Below, one piece after another: positions 28,776-38,661 of a stretch of DNA of 63,386 nucleotides. Every line of letters begins with the position of its first letter. The first letter of the stretch is position 1. The DNA is taken from assembly GCA_045594865.1 (NCBI GenBank), contig JAZNZI010000133.1:1-63386 (forward strand). The letters run 5' to 3'. The position numbers and the translations under genes are program-made. The stretch is from Eubacteriales bacterium. GTDB taxonomy: Bacteria; Bacillota; Clostridia; Oscillospirales; CAG-272. The notes beneath the pieces were generated by a model. That model was not told where the DNA came from. It did no database searches and saw nothing but the letters and a program-made list of their open reading frames with translations.

Positions 28776-30950
28776 TTAAAGGTGCAAAACGCGGTCCTTT
28801 ATCTCGCTTGTTCTGCCTTGATTCCAGTACTGCGTGCCGATGTATCCGCAGGTTCGTCTTGCCACGTTCATCTTGCTTTGATCGCGGTTTTTGCAGCTGG
28901 GGCATTCCCACATAAGCTTGCCGTGATCCTCTACCACGAGTATCTCGCCGTCCCAGCCGCATACCTGACAATAATCGCTCTTGGTATTCAGCTCGGCGTA
29001 CATAATATTATCGTATATATAGCTCATAACGTCAAGCACCGCCTCGATATTATTCTGCATATCGGGCACTTCGACGTAGGATATTGCGCCACCTGGGGAG
29101 AGGGCCTGGAACTTTGCCTCAAGGGATAGCTTTTCAAAGGCGTCTATCTCCTCGGTCACGTGGACGTGGTAGGAGTTTGTAATATAGCTTTTGTCGGTTA
29201 TTCCCTTGACAATGCCAAAGCGGTTTTGCAGGCATTTTGCAAACTTATAAGTAGTGCTTTCAAGAGGCGTGCCGTAAAGCGAGTAGTCGATATTCTCCGC
29301 AGCCTTCCACTTTGCGGTGTAGGAGTTGAGCATTCTCATAATCTCAAGGCCGAGAGCCTCGCCCTCGGGCTCGGTCAGCTTCTTTCCCGAGAGGGCAAGC
29401 ACGCACTCCCAGAGTCCCGCATAGCCAAGAGAAAGGGTAGAGTAGCCGCCGTAGAGATAGTCATCGATTTTCTCGCCCGACTTTAGCCTTGTCAGCGCGC
29501 CGTACTGCCAGAGAATAGGCGCGGCGTCGGAGGTAGTGCCGAGAAGTCTGTCGTGACGGCAGCGGAGTGCGCGGTGGCAAAGCTCCATTCGCTCGTCAAA
29601 TATTTTTCTGAAGCGGTCCATATCGCCCTCAGCGGACAGACCGATATCAACGAGGTTTACCGTGACAACGCCCTGATTGAAGCGGCCGTAATACTTCGGC
29701 TTTCCGTCCTTGTCAACGTAGGGGGTAAGGAAGGAGCGACAGCCCATACAGGTATAGCACTGTCCGTCCCCGTTCTTGTCTACCTTGTTCTGAAGCATGA
29801 TCTTCTCGGAAATATAGTCGGGAACCATACGCTTTGCGGTGCATTTTGCCGCAAGGCGAGTCAGGTGGTAGAATCTCGAGCTCTCGTGAATATTATCCTC
29901 CTCAAGCACGTAGATAAGCTTGGGGAAGGCGGGTGTGATCCATACACCGGCTTCGTTCTTAATTCCCTGAATACGCTGATTCAGAACCTCCTCGATTATA
30001 AGGGCAAGGTCAGCCTTCGTACGCTCGTCCTTCGCCTCGCCAAGATACATAAACATAGTGATAAAGGGTGCCTGTCCATTGGTGGTCAGCAGGGTGACAA
30101 CCTGATACTGTATACACTGAACACCGCGGTTTATCTCCTCTGCAAGACGCTGCTCGGTGATCTTATCCACCTGCTCGTCGGTGAAGTCAACCCCCGCGGT
30201 ACTAAGCTCCTCCACGGTTCTTTTTCTCAGCTTTTGTCTGCTGACGTCAACGAAGGGGGCAAGGTGGGTAAGGCTGATGGACTGACCGCCGTACTGATTT
30301 GATGCTACCTGGGCGATGATCTGCGCCGCAATATTACAGGCAGTGGAAAAGCTCTTCGGCTTCTCAATAAGAGTGCCGCTGATAACCGTTCCGTTTTGCA
30401 GCATATCCTCAAGATTTACCAGGTCGCAGTTGTGCATATGCTGTGCAAAGTAGTCGGCATCGTGAAAATGGATAATTCCCTCCTCGTGTGCCTTTACTAT
30501 ATCGGGTGGCAGGAGAATTCTGCATGTCAGATCCTTTGAAACCTCGCCCGCCATATAGTCGCGCTGAATGGAGTTGACGGTGGGATTTTTGTTGGAGTTC
30601 TCCTGCTTTAAGTCCTCATTCGAGCATTCGATAAGCGACATAATGCGCTCGTCGGTGGTGTTGGACTTACGCACAAGCTCGCGGGTGTAGCGATAGGTTA
30701 TGTAGGTTTTTGCAAGCGTAAAGGCGCCGAGGGACATTATCTCCCTCTCCACCATATCCTGTATCTCCTCCACCTCGCAGGCGCGGCAGAGCTTCTCGCA
30801 TTTCTCGGTCACGCGATCGGTTATTCCGCTTATCTGTTCTAAGCTTATGCGGTGTATAGGCTCGACAGCATCGTTTGCCTTACAGACAGCGGCGTATATC
30901 TTGCTCTTGTCAAAGAGCGCCTCAGCACCGTTTCTTTTGATTATTTTCAT
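28776..30950 (-). CDS. nrdD: Anaerobic ribonucleoside-triphosphate reductase (class III)
   Basis: 724 aa with an N-terminal ATP-cone (MKIIKRNGAEALFDKSKI), a C-terminal Zn site (CQVCGW...CPSC) and the glycyl-radical motif RRTCGYIG. Confidence 0.95.
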   Translation of the reverse strand: MKIIKRNGAEALFDKSKIYAAVCKANDAVEPIHRISLEQISGITDRVTEKCEKLCRACEVEEIQDMVEREIMSLGAFTLAKTYITYRYTRELVRKSNTTDERIMSLIECSNEDLKQENSNKNPTVNSIQRDYMAGEVSKDLTCRILLPPDIVKAHEEGIIHFHDADYFAQHMHNCDLVNLEDMLQNGTVISGTLIEKPKSFSTACNIAAQIIAQVASNQYGGQSISLTHLAPFVDVSRQKLRKRTVEELSTAGVDFTDEQVDKITEQRLAEEINRGVQCIQYQVVTLLTTNGQAPFITMFMYLGEAKDERTKADLALIIEEVLNQRIQGIKNEAGVWITPAFPKLIYVLEEDNIHESSRFYHLTRLAAKCTAKRMVPDYISEKIMLQNKVDKNGDGQCYTCMGCRSFLTPYVDKDGKPKYYGRFNQGVVTVNLVDIGLSAEGDMDRFRKIFDERMELCHRALRCRHDRLLGTTSDAAPILWQYGALTRLKSGEKIDDYLYGGYSTLSLGYAGLWECVLALSGKKLTEPEGEALGLEIMRMLNSYTAKWKAAENIDYSLYGTPLESTTYKFAKCLQNRFGIVKGITDKSYITNSYHVHVTEEIDAFEKLSLEAKFQALSPGGAISYVEVPDMQNNIEAVLDVMSYIYDNIMYAELNTKSDYCQVCGWDGEILVVEDHGKLMWECPSCKNRDQSKMNVARRTCGYIGTQYWNQGRTSEIKDRVLHL

Positions 30951-30996
30951 ATTGTTATCCTTAATTTTTTATCATTACTTTTATCTTTGTAGGTAT

Positions 30997-31026
30997 ATTA
31001 TATAACATATATAACTTTTTTGTCAA
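30997..31026 (-). promoter_or_regulatory. Promoter of nrdD
   Basis: Minus strand TTGACA - 18 nt - TATAAT. Confidence 0.7.
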
Positions 31027-31054
31027 TATAGTTTTATAGGTGAAAAAATAAAAA

Positions 31055-31981
31055 ATGATTAAAGAAAAATCTGTTCTTTCGCTAGTTGGCAGAACGCCAA
31101 TAGTGCGACTTTATGAAATTGAAAAGTATTTTGACCTGTCTGCCAGACTGTACGCAAGTCTTGAGAGCTACAATCCGTCGGGCTCGGTGAAGGACAGAGC
31201 TGCTCTTTTTATGATTCGTGAAGCGCTTGAGAGCGGAAAGCTTCGGGAGGGTGGCGTAGTAATTGAGGCAACCAGCGGAAATATGGGCATATCTCTGTCT
31301 ATGCTGTCATTGGTGTATAATTATCGCGCGATAATACTGATGCCCAAGAATATGTCAGAGGAGCGGATACGGCTTATCAAATCATACGGAGGCGAGGTCG
31401 TGCTGACAAATGCCGATAGAGGAATGTCGGGTGCGATAGATATGGCAGAGGAGCTGGCGGGAGAGACGCGCGCATTCATTCCCTCGCAGTTTACAAACCG
31501 ACAAAATCTGCTTGCTCATTACTCTACCACAGGACCGCATATTTTTCGTGAGCTTTGCGGTGGGGTAGATATCTTTGTCTGTGGAGTAGGGACGGGTGGA
31601 ACAATAGGCGGTGCAGGGCGGTATTTAAAGGAGAAAAGTCCCTCGGTACGTATCTTTGCCGTCGAGCCCTATGAGTCTGCCGTTGTTTCGGGCAGAGGAC
31701 GTGGAAGTCACGGAATACAGGGCATTGGCGCAGGTTTTGTGCCTCCGCTTCTCGACCTTGCACTGATAGACGGAGTGATAACCCCGACTACCGACGAGGC
31801 TGTGGAATACCAAAGAATATTGCTTAAAAAGGAAGGGGTTTTCGCAGGAATATCCTCGGGAGCGGCACTTTTCGGTGCGGTAAGGCTTGCCGAGAGGGAT
31901 GAAAATGAAGATAAAAGCATCGTCACACTCTTTGCCGATGGCGGCGAAAGGTATCTCTCGGTTAACTTAGATAAACCTTAA
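31055..31981 (+). CDS. cysK: Cysteine synthase A (O-acetylserine sulfhydrylase)
   Basis: 308 aa with the PLP lysine in NPSGSVKDRAA and the TSGNMG loop. Confidence 0.9.
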   Translation: MIKEKSVLSLVGRTPIVRLYEIEKYFDLSARLYASLESYNPSGSVKDRAALFMIREALESGKLREGGVVIEATSGNMGISLSMLSLVYNYRAIILMPKNMSEERIRLIKSYGGEVVLTNADRGMSGAIDMAEELAGETRAFIPSQFTNRQNLLAHYSTTGPHIFRELCGGVDIFVCGVGTGGTIGGAGRYLKEKSPSVRIFAVEPYESAVVSGRGRGSHGIQGIGAGFVPPLLDLALIDGVITPTTDEAVEYQRILLKKEGVFAGISSGAALFGAVRLAERDENEDKSIVTLFADGGERYLSVNLDKP

Positions 31982-31996
31982 AGAAAAGCGCACAAC

Positions 31997-32025
31997 TTGA
32001 CAGAAAATTTAAAATATGTTATAAT
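31997..32025 (+). promoter_or_regulatory. Promoter of the degV-family gene
   Basis: TTGACA - 17 nt - TATAAT. Confidence 0.8.
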
Positions 32026-32057
32026 AAAACAGACATTTAAAAAAAGGAAGTATTATT

Positions 32058-32891
32058 ATGGACTTTAAAATAATATCCGACTCATCTTCTGATATGAAGG
32101 AGCTTTCGGGAATTGACTTTGAAAGCACCCCACTTAAAATAATAACCGATGATAAAGAGTACGTGGACGACACCTCTCTCAATGTTGTTGAGATGCTTTC
32201 CGACCTGAAGGTGTATAAGGGAAAATCCCGCTCCTCCTGTCCTAACTCCGAGGAATATCTGAGAGCCTTTGGCGATGCCGAAAACATATTCTGTATCACC
32301 ATCACAAGCAACCTTTCGGGCAGCTTCAATTCGGCATCCATCGCTGCAAAGCAGTATAAGGAAGCTCATCCCGAACGCAATATTCACGTAATCGACAGCC
32401 TTACCACAGGCCCTGAGACCGCTCTCGTTATAGAGAAGCTGCGTTCGCTTATCCTTGACGGCAAGGATTTTGAGAGCATAAAGAAAGATATTACAGATTA
32501 TAATCGTAATCACACGAGGCTTCTTTTCGCCCTTGAATCTATGCATAATCTTGCCAACAACGGCAGGGTAAATCCCATAGTTGCAAAGATGGCTGGACTT
32601 CTCGGTATAAGAGCCATCGGCAGAGCAAGCGAGGTCGGCACTCTTGAGATGATCTGCAAGTCAAGAGGCACTATCGCTATGGTAAAGGATGTTTTTGACA
32701 ATATGATCGGCGACGGTTTTAAGGGCGGCAGAGTGAAAATACATCACGCAAACAATCTTCCCGCCGCTGAATTGCTTGTTTCAAAAATTAAAGAGAAATT
32801 CCCAAAAGCGCAGATCGACGTGGGACTAGCGGGAGGACTTTGCTCCTTCTATGCAGAGCAGGGCGGCCTGCTCATTGGCTTTGAAATTTGA
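32058..32891 (+). CDS. DegV family fatty-acid-binding protein
   Basis: 277 aa. The N-terminus MDFKIISDSSSDM and overall length are typical of the DegV/EDD fold. Confidence 0.88.
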   Translation: MDFKIISDSSSDMKELSGIDFESTPLKIITDDKEYVDDTSLNVVEMLSDLKVYKGKSRSSCPNSEEYLRAFGDAENIFCITITSNLSGSFNSASIAAKQYKEAHPERNIHVIDSLTTGPETALVIEKLRSLILDGKDFESIKKDITDYNRNHTRLLFALESMHNLANNGRVNPIVAKMAGLLGIRAIGRASEVGTLEMICKSRGTIAMVKDVFDNMIGDGFKGGRVKIHHANNLPAAELLVSKIKEKFPKAQIDVGLAGGLCSFYAEQGGLLIGFEI

Positions 32892-32913
32892 TATCCTGAC
32901 AACTTATATTTAC

Positions 32914-32955
32914 AAAAAGCGCCGTTTTTAATGAAAAAAACGACGCTTTTTCCTT
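32914..32955 (+). terminator. Terminator after the degV-family gene
   Basis: aaaaagcgccgttttt-aatg-aaaaaacgacgcttttt (one mismatch). Confidence 0.7.
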
Positions 32956-32992
32956 TTTCTTGCGGCGCGATCTTGAGTAAAAATATTAGCTA

Positions 32993-33021
32993 TTGCATTT
33001 TTGCCGAATATATGCTACAAT
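32993..33021 (+). promoter_or_regulatory. Promoter upstream of the MATE pseudogene
   Basis: TTGCAT - 17 nt - TACAAT. Confidence 0.7.
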
Positions 33022-33051
33022 TATTTGTAATTAATATATAAGAGGGACTTA

Positions 33052-34446
33052 ATAAAATATAAAAGCATTCTGAAGAGCTACATCGGCGACAAGGCGTTTT
33101 ACAAGCGCACTCTCGCTATAGCTGTACCAATGATAATACAGAACACCGTCACTAACCTTGTCAACCTGCTTGACAACCTTATGGTCGGCTCGCTCGGTAC
33201 CGAGCAGATGCCGGGTTTCGCTATCGTAAACCAGTTTATTTTCGTATTTAACCTTGCCATATTCGGCGCAACTTCGGGCGCGGGTATCTTCACCGCTCAG
33301 TTTAACGGTCGAGGTGACGTGAAAGGCGTTCGTCATACCCTTCGCGTTAAGCTGATAATCAGCCTCATCGTCGGTCTTGTCGGCTTTGGAATACTGACGG
33401 GCTTTGGTGATTTTCTTATAACCACCTTCTTGCACGATGGCACGGAGGGAGATCTTGCCCTGACGCTTGCATCGGGCGAGGATTAACTTGCATTTATCGT
33501 TATCGGACTTATCCCCTTTGCGCTGTCGCAGGTCTATGCATCTACTCTGCGTGAAACGGGCGAGACGGTAGTGCCGATGATTGCCAGCGTGGCGTCTATT
33601 GCAACCAATTTTATATTCAATTCGCTACTTATTTTCGGTCTTTTAGGCTTCCCCACTCTTGGAGTTGTCGGAGCGGCTATTGCCACCTCGCTCTCAAGAT
33701 TCGTGGAGCTTGGCGTTCTTCTCTGTTATACACATATCAACAAGAGGAAGTGTCCGTTTGCCGTCGGTGTATTTAAGAATTTCAGAGTACCCGCAGCCCT
33801 TGTAAAGCAGATAGTCATCAAGGGCACGCCTGTTCTGTTGAATGAGCTGTTCTGGTCGCTTTCCGTCACCGTCAGCAATCAGTGCTATTCCACCCGAGGT
33901 CTTGACGTGGTGGCGGCTATGAATATTTCCTTCACTCTGCAAAATCTGCTAAGCGTAGCTTACTTTGCCCTCAGCTCGTCGATAGCCATAATTATTGGTA
34001 ATCTCCTTGGCGCAGGAAAGCTTGAGGAGGCGAAGGAAACGGATAAAAAGCTGCTTGCCTTTGCGGTTATGGTGGGCTCCTGTATGATGGCTATACAACT
34101 TCTTTTGTCCCCTGTGTTCCCCCTGCTTTATGAAACCACCGACCAGGTGCGCGCGCTTTCGGGCTACGTTCTCAGATGCTTCGCACTTACTATGCCCGCC
34201 GCGGCACTTGCCACCTCTACCTATTACACTATCCGCTCGGGCGGCAGGGTGTTTATCACTATGCTGTTTGACAGCGTTTACGCTTGGGTAATCGTTATGC
34301 CCGTCGTGTTCTGTATCGCTTATCTTACCGACCTGCCATTTGAGTATTTCCTGCCTATCGTTCTCGTCGTCGAGAACCCGAAGCTCGTTCCCGGACTGAT
34401 TTTGGTGCATAAGGGCATCTGGGTGCGAAAGTTAAGCGTGGAATAA
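33052..34446 (+). pseudogene. MATE family efflux transporter interrupted by an in-frame TAA and lacking a canonical start codon
   Basis: ORFs 33130-33486 and 33571-34446 are in the same frame. They are separated only by TAA at 33484-33486 (...ASGED*LAFIVIGLIPFALSQVYASTLRETGETVVPM...). MATE-like sequence continues upstream of ATG 33130 to 33052 (KYKSILKSYIGDKAFYKRTLAIAVP), where the RBS-proximal codon is ATA. Confidence 0.75.
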
Positions 34447-34545
34447 GTTAAAATTTTTTATTTGTTTTATAAATTACTGTTATTTGTTCATATTTTTTGT
34501 CTATAATTATTCCAATTGATTAGAATTAGAAAAGGAAGAACTGCT

Positions 34546-37227
34546 ATGCTTGAATTACGCAATATTACGAAGGACTACATAACCTCCTCGGAGACGGTAA
34601 ACGCGCTTCGCGGGGTTGATATAGCCTTCCGCGACAGAGAATTCGTTTCGATCCTCGGCCCATCTGGATGCGGAAAGACCACACTGCTGAATATCGTCGG
34701 CGGTCTTGACAGATACACCTCGGGTGACCTGGTTATCAACGGTAAGAGCACGAAGCTCTATCGCGACAGAGATTGGGACGTATACAGAAACCATCGCGTA
34801 GGCTTCATTTTCCAGGCATATAACCTTATTCCTCACCAGACGGTGCTTGGCAACGTAGAGCTTGCGCTCACCATTGCGGGTATTGATAAGGAGGAAAGGG
34901 TAAGACGAGCAAAGGCGGCTCTTGATAAGGTTGGTCTCTCAAACCAGTATTACAAGCGCCCGAATCAGCTCTCGGGCGGTCAGTGCCAGCGAGTTGCTAT
35001 CGCAAGAGCGCTTGTAAACGAGCCTGAGATACTCCTCGCCGATGAGCCTACCGGCGCGCTTGACACGGTCACCAGCGTGCAGATAATGGAGCTTATACGA
35101 GAGATAGCGGGTGAGCGACTTGTTATTATGGTCACCCATAACCCCGAGCTTGCAGAGCAGTATTCCACGAGAATAGTAAGACTTCTTGACGGTGAGATCA
35201 TAGAGGACACTAATCCCGTAAGTGAGGAAGAGTACGCCTCTCTCCTTGCCGCAGAAAAGGAAAGAAATGAAATAGCTACTGCCGAAAAGGGTGGTAAAAA
35301 GCAGAAGGAAAAGGCAAAGATGTCGGTGTTCACCGCCTTCCGCCTCTCCGCGCGAAACCTTGTGTCTAAGAAGGGAAGAACGGCTATGGTCGGCTTCGCG
35401 GGCTCTATCGGCATTATCGGTATTGCTCTCGTGCTTGCTTTTTCTGCGGGTATCAAGGGATATATCGCATCAATGCAGGACGATATGCTATCGGGCAATC
35501 CTATTACCATTTCCCAGAATGCCTTTGACCTTGGAGCTATCACCGATATGATGGACGTTGAGGATAAATTGGATATAATCAAAAATCCTAACAGCGTTTA
35601 TATTTCTTCGGTAATCGAGCATCTTATCAAGACAAGCGACACCTTTGATACTATGTTGGTTGAGAATGAGATCACCAGAGAATATATTGAGTATCTTAAG
35701 GCTATGCCAAGCGAGTATTACAACGCTCTCGTGCTCAGCTACGGTCTTGATCTAAACAGAACTATATTTACCGATTTCTATGAGAAGCCCGGTGTCGAAG
35801 GCAGACATATGTCTTTAAAGCAGATAGTTGATATATATAAATCGGTCCTCTCCGATACCGAGTATTCGGATCTTGCATCTATGGTAAACAGCCTTGCTCC
35901 CAATCTTTCCCAAGCTCCCTCAAACACAGACTATATTCTTGACCAGTATGAGATCGTTGCGGGTGAAATCGCAGATGAGGCAGACGAGATCATGCTTGTT
36001 CTTGACTCCAACGATGAGCTTACCGATCTGCTTCTTGCAAAGCTTGGTTATTACTCCGAGGCAGAGCTGCTTGAGGTTATCCACAAGTCGTCTGATAAGG
36101 ACGAAAACGGAGATCCCGTCTACAACGAAGCTCTTTACCGCGAGTATTTCACATACGATGAGCTGCTTAATAAGACGTTTACCTGGTATCCTACCGATAG
36201 CGTATTTGATACAACCGAGGTCACAATCAGCAATCCTATAACGGGTGATACCACTACTATAGCCCCCGTTTATAAGGGCGAGCTTGAGAGTGCATCTTCT
36301 GACGGAATGACACTCCGCGTGGTTGGCATCCTTGCTCCCAACGACAATATCTCTTACGGTGTGCTTTCCTCCGGCGTTTACTACACCGAGGCGCTTACTC
36401 AGCACATTCTTGAAACAAACAAGGCGTCGGAGTTCATAGACTTCCTCGTTGGCGATCCCGAAAAGGCTGACGATATGCTCGTAAGCTTCACATACAGCTA
36501 TGATTATCTGTCCTATGACGCTATTGTTGACGGTGAGATAGTTGGCGAGAGATCCACCGAGGCATCTGAGAACGTGTTCTCGTATACTACCAGAGCTTCT
36601 ATTGCGAGAAGTCTCGGCGGCAACGATCTTGCTAACCGAGTAAGCATATATCCCATATCCTTTGACGATAAGGCTCTTGTCACGGAGTATCTTGATGCTT
36701 GGAACAAAGAGAATATTACACTCACCGTAAACGGTGTGGAGATTCCCGGCGACCAGCGCCGAGAGATTACTTATACGGATACCCTTGAGCTTATCGTTAA
36801 TATGCTCAATACTATGATCGATATCATCTCCTACGCGCTGATTGCATTTACATCGATCTCGCTTGTGGTTTCTACCGTAATGATCGGTATTATCACCTAC
36901 GTATCGGTTGTTGAGCGTATCAAGGAGATCGGTGTTATCCGCTCTCTCGGCGGACGTAAGCGTGACGTATCCAACCTCTTCATTGCAGAGACGGCGATTA
37001 TAGGTATACTTGCTGGTCTTATGGGTATCGGTGTAACCTATCTGATCTCGGCTATCGTGAATATTATTCTTCATCCGCTTATCGGCTATGCGAACATTGC
37101 GGCGCTTCCCGTATCTAACGCGATATTCCTTGTTTGCCTCAGCGTTGTACTGACTCTTATCTCGGGACTTGCTCCTGCGAAGAGCGCGGCGAATAAGGAC
37201 CCTGTCGTAGCTTTGAGAACTGAATAA
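34546..37227 (+). CDS. Fused ABC transporter ATP-binding protein / FtsX-family (MacB-type) permease
   Basis: Walker A GPSGCGKTT, signature LSGGQCQR and Walker B ILLADEPT. These are followed by TM1, a ~370-aa extracytoplasmic domain and a C-terminal FtsX 3-TM bundle. Start at ATG 34546 (RBS AAAGGAAG). Confidence 0.85.
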   Translation: MLELRNITKDYITSSETVNALRGVDIAFRDREFVSILGPSGCGKTTLLNIVGGLDRYTSGDLVINGKSTKLYRDRDWDVYRNHRVGFIFQAYNLIPHQTVLGNVELALTIAGIDKEERVRRAKAALDKVGLSNQYYKRPNQLSGGQCQRVAIARALVNEPEILLADEPTGALDTVTSVQIMELIREIAGERLVIMVTHNPELAEQYSTRIVRLLDGEIIEDTNPVSEEEYASLLAAEKERNEIATAEKGGKKQKEKAKMSVFTAFRLSARNLVSKKGRTAMVGFAGSIGIIGIALVLAFSAGIKGYIASMQDDMLSGNPITISQNAFDLGAITDMMDVEDKLDIIKNPNSVYISSVIEHLIKTSDTFDTMLVENEITREYIEYLKAMPSEYYNALVLSYGLDLNRTIFTDFYEKPGVEGRHMSLKQIVDIYKSVLSDTEYSDLASMVNSLAPNLSQAPSNTDYILDQYEIVAGEIADEADEIMLVLDSNDELTDLLLAKLGYYSEAELLEVIHKSSDKDENGDPVYNEALYREYFTYDELLNKTFTWYPTDSVFDTTEVTISNPITGDTTTIAPVYKGELESASSDGMTLRVVGILAPNDNISYGVLSSGVYYTEALTQHILETNKASEFIDFLVGDPEKADDMLVSFTYSYDYLSYDAIVDGEIVGERSTEASENVFSYTTRASIARSLGGNDLANRVSIYPISFDDKALVTEYLDAWNKENITLTVNGVEIPGDQRREITYTDTLELIVNMLNTMIDIISYALIAFTSISLVVSTVMIGIITYVSVVERIKEIGVIRSLGGRKRDVSNLFIAETAIIGILAGLMGIGVTYLISAIVNIILHPLIGYANIAALPVSNAIFLVCLSVVLTLISGLAPAKSAANKDPVVALRTE

Positions 37228-37244
37228 AAAACAAACCATTATTT

Positions 37245-37276
37245 GAGCGGAGAGCATTCACTCTCCGCTCTTTATT
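37245..37276 (+). terminator. Terminator after the ABC gene
   Basis: gagcggagag-cattca-ctctccgctc, a perfect 10-bp stem followed by tttatt. Confidence 0.8.
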
Positions 37277-37333
37277 ATGCATATTGAACAATCAACTCCT
37301 GCGTTTGATTATTCATTTTTATGTTCTCACCCC

Positions 37334-37362
37334 TTGACTTTAAAAATATACTGTGATATAAT
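37334..37362 (+). promoter_or_regulatory. Promoter of the pyrimidine operon
   Basis: TTGACT - 17 nt - TATAAT, with only about 30 nt of leader before pyrC. Confidence 0.8.
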
Positions 37363-37399
37363 ATTTAAGATAATTTAAATAAATAAGGAGATGTGTATT

Positions 37400-38644
37400 A
37401 TGATGGCTTTGTTCCGCGGTGCTCTTGTTTATGATAACGGCTCTATGAAAAAGTCTGATATGCTTTTTGATGGCACTTCTCTTTCTGCTTTTGCAGGGGA
37501 TTTGTCCGCTTTTGACTCCTCTGCTATTTTTGATAACGTTGTTATTTTGCCCGGTTTTTGTGATGTTCACGTACATCTCAGAGAGCCGGGCTTTTCTTAT
37601 AAGGAGACTATTGCCTCGGGTACGGCGGCGTCTGCGCGCGGAGGTTATACCGCGGTATGCTCAATGCCGAACCTGAATCCCACGCCCGACTGCCGGGAGA
37701 ATCTTGACGCTCAGCTTGAGATAATAAGGCGGGACGCCTGTATAGCCGTCTACCCCTACGGCACGATTACAAAGGGCGAGGCGGGCGAGAGTCTTGCCGA
37801 CCTTTCGGCTATGGCGAATGACGTTATCGGCTTTTCGGATGACGGACGGGGTGTTCAGTCGGAGGAAATGATGCTTTCGGCTATGAGGGAGGCAAAGTCA
37901 CTCGGCAAGATGATAGTCGCGCACTGCGAGGATAATTCCTTGCTTCGCGGGGGATATATCCACGACGGCGATTATGCCCGACAGCACGGTCATCGCGGTA
38001 TCTGCTCGGAGAGTGAGTGGGGACCGATCGAGAGGGATATGGAGCTTGTCCGCAAGAGCGGATGCTCTTACCACATCTGCCACGTGTCTACGAAGGAAAG
38101 CGTGGAGATAATAAGACAGGCAAAGGCTGAGGGCCTTGACGTCACCTGCGAGACGGGACCGCATTATCTGCTGCTTGATGACTCGCATCTGCAGGAGCAC
38201 GGACGCTTCAAGATGAATCCACCCCTCAGATCACCCGAGGACAGAGAGGCAATGCTTCGCGGTCTGCTTGACGGAACTATAGATATGATAGCTACCGACC
38301 ACGCACCACACTCGGCAGAGGAAAAGGGGCGCGGACTTGAAAAGAGCGCTATGGGAGTTGTGGGAATTGAAACCGCATTCCCCTTGCTATACACAAGTCT
38401 TGTAAAAACGGGCATACTCAGTATAGAGAGGCTCTGCGAGCTTATGTCGGTTATTCCGAGAAAACGGTTTAACATCAAGAGCGACCCAGGCTTTACAGTC
38501 TTTAAGCTGGATGAAAAATATAAGATAAACCCCGATGACTTCTTGTCAAAGGGAAAGTCAACACCCTTTGAGGGTGACGAGGTATACGGCAAATGTCTGC
38601 TTACGGTATACGAGGGCATGGCAGTATACTCTGATTTAGGATAA
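37400..38644 (+). CDS. pyrC: Dihydroorotase
   Basis: Metal ligands DVHVHLREPG and ATDHAPHS. Start chosen at ATG 37400, because ATG 37391 abuts the AAGGAG RBS. Confidence 0.9.
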   Translation: MMALFRGALVYDNGSMKKSDMLFDGTSLSAFAGDLSAFDSSAIFDNVVILPGFCDVHVHLREPGFSYKETIASGTAASARGGYTAVCSMPNLNPTPDCRENLDAQLEIIRRDACIAVYPYGTITKGEAGESLADLSAMANDVIGFSDDGRGVQSEEMMLSAMREAKSLGKMIVAHCEDNSLLRGGYIHDGDYARQHGHRGICSESEWGPIERDMELVRKSGCSYHICHVSTKESVEIIRQAKAEGLDVTCETGPHYLLLDDSHLQEHGRFKMNPPLRSPEDREAMLRGLLDGTIDMIATDHAPHSAEEKGRGLEKSAMGVVGIETAFPLLYTSLVKTGILSIERLCELMSVIPRKRFNIKSDPGFTVFKLDEKYKINPDDFLSKGKSTPFEGDEVYGKCLLTVYEGMAVYSDLG

Positions 38645-38661
38645 TTTGGGAGGAAAATAAA

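Noticed and set aside
28488-28971. Minus-strand ORFs 28488-28724 (78 aa) and 28690-28971 (93 aa)
   Set aside because: The first runs antisense to a better-supported small + strand ORF and through a terminator. The second overlaps the 3' end of nrdD out of frame. Neither has an RBS.
30951-31054. NrdR boxes in the nrdD upstream region
   Set aside because: AT-rich near-palindromes such as gttatatatgttatataat overlap the promoter. None fits the 16-bp acaCwAtATaTwGtgt consensus well enough by eye. A PWM scan is needed, so this is left uncalled.
33484-33486. Stop-codon reassignment or programmed read-through as the explanation for the in-frame TAA in the MATE gene
   Set aside because: TAA is used as an ordinary terminator by other genes in this window, and no read-through context or recoding signal is evident. 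A nonsense mutation is the simpler explanation.
35920-37257. Long antisense ORFs inside well-supported genes: 35920-37257 (-), 45468-46364 (-), 46849-48021 (+), 49021-50577 (+), 51179-52621 (+), 8548-9432 (+), 55788-56678 (-), 61833-62693 (-), 2296-3219 (+), 3427-4293 (+)
   Set aside because: Each is fully embedded opposite a gene with clear family motifs. None has recognisable domains or translation signals. This is typical of RNY-biased coding DNA.
37277-37399. PyrR-type attenuator in the pyr operon leader
   Set aside because: The leader after the -10 box is only ~30 nt, and no PyrR binding loop or terminator is present.
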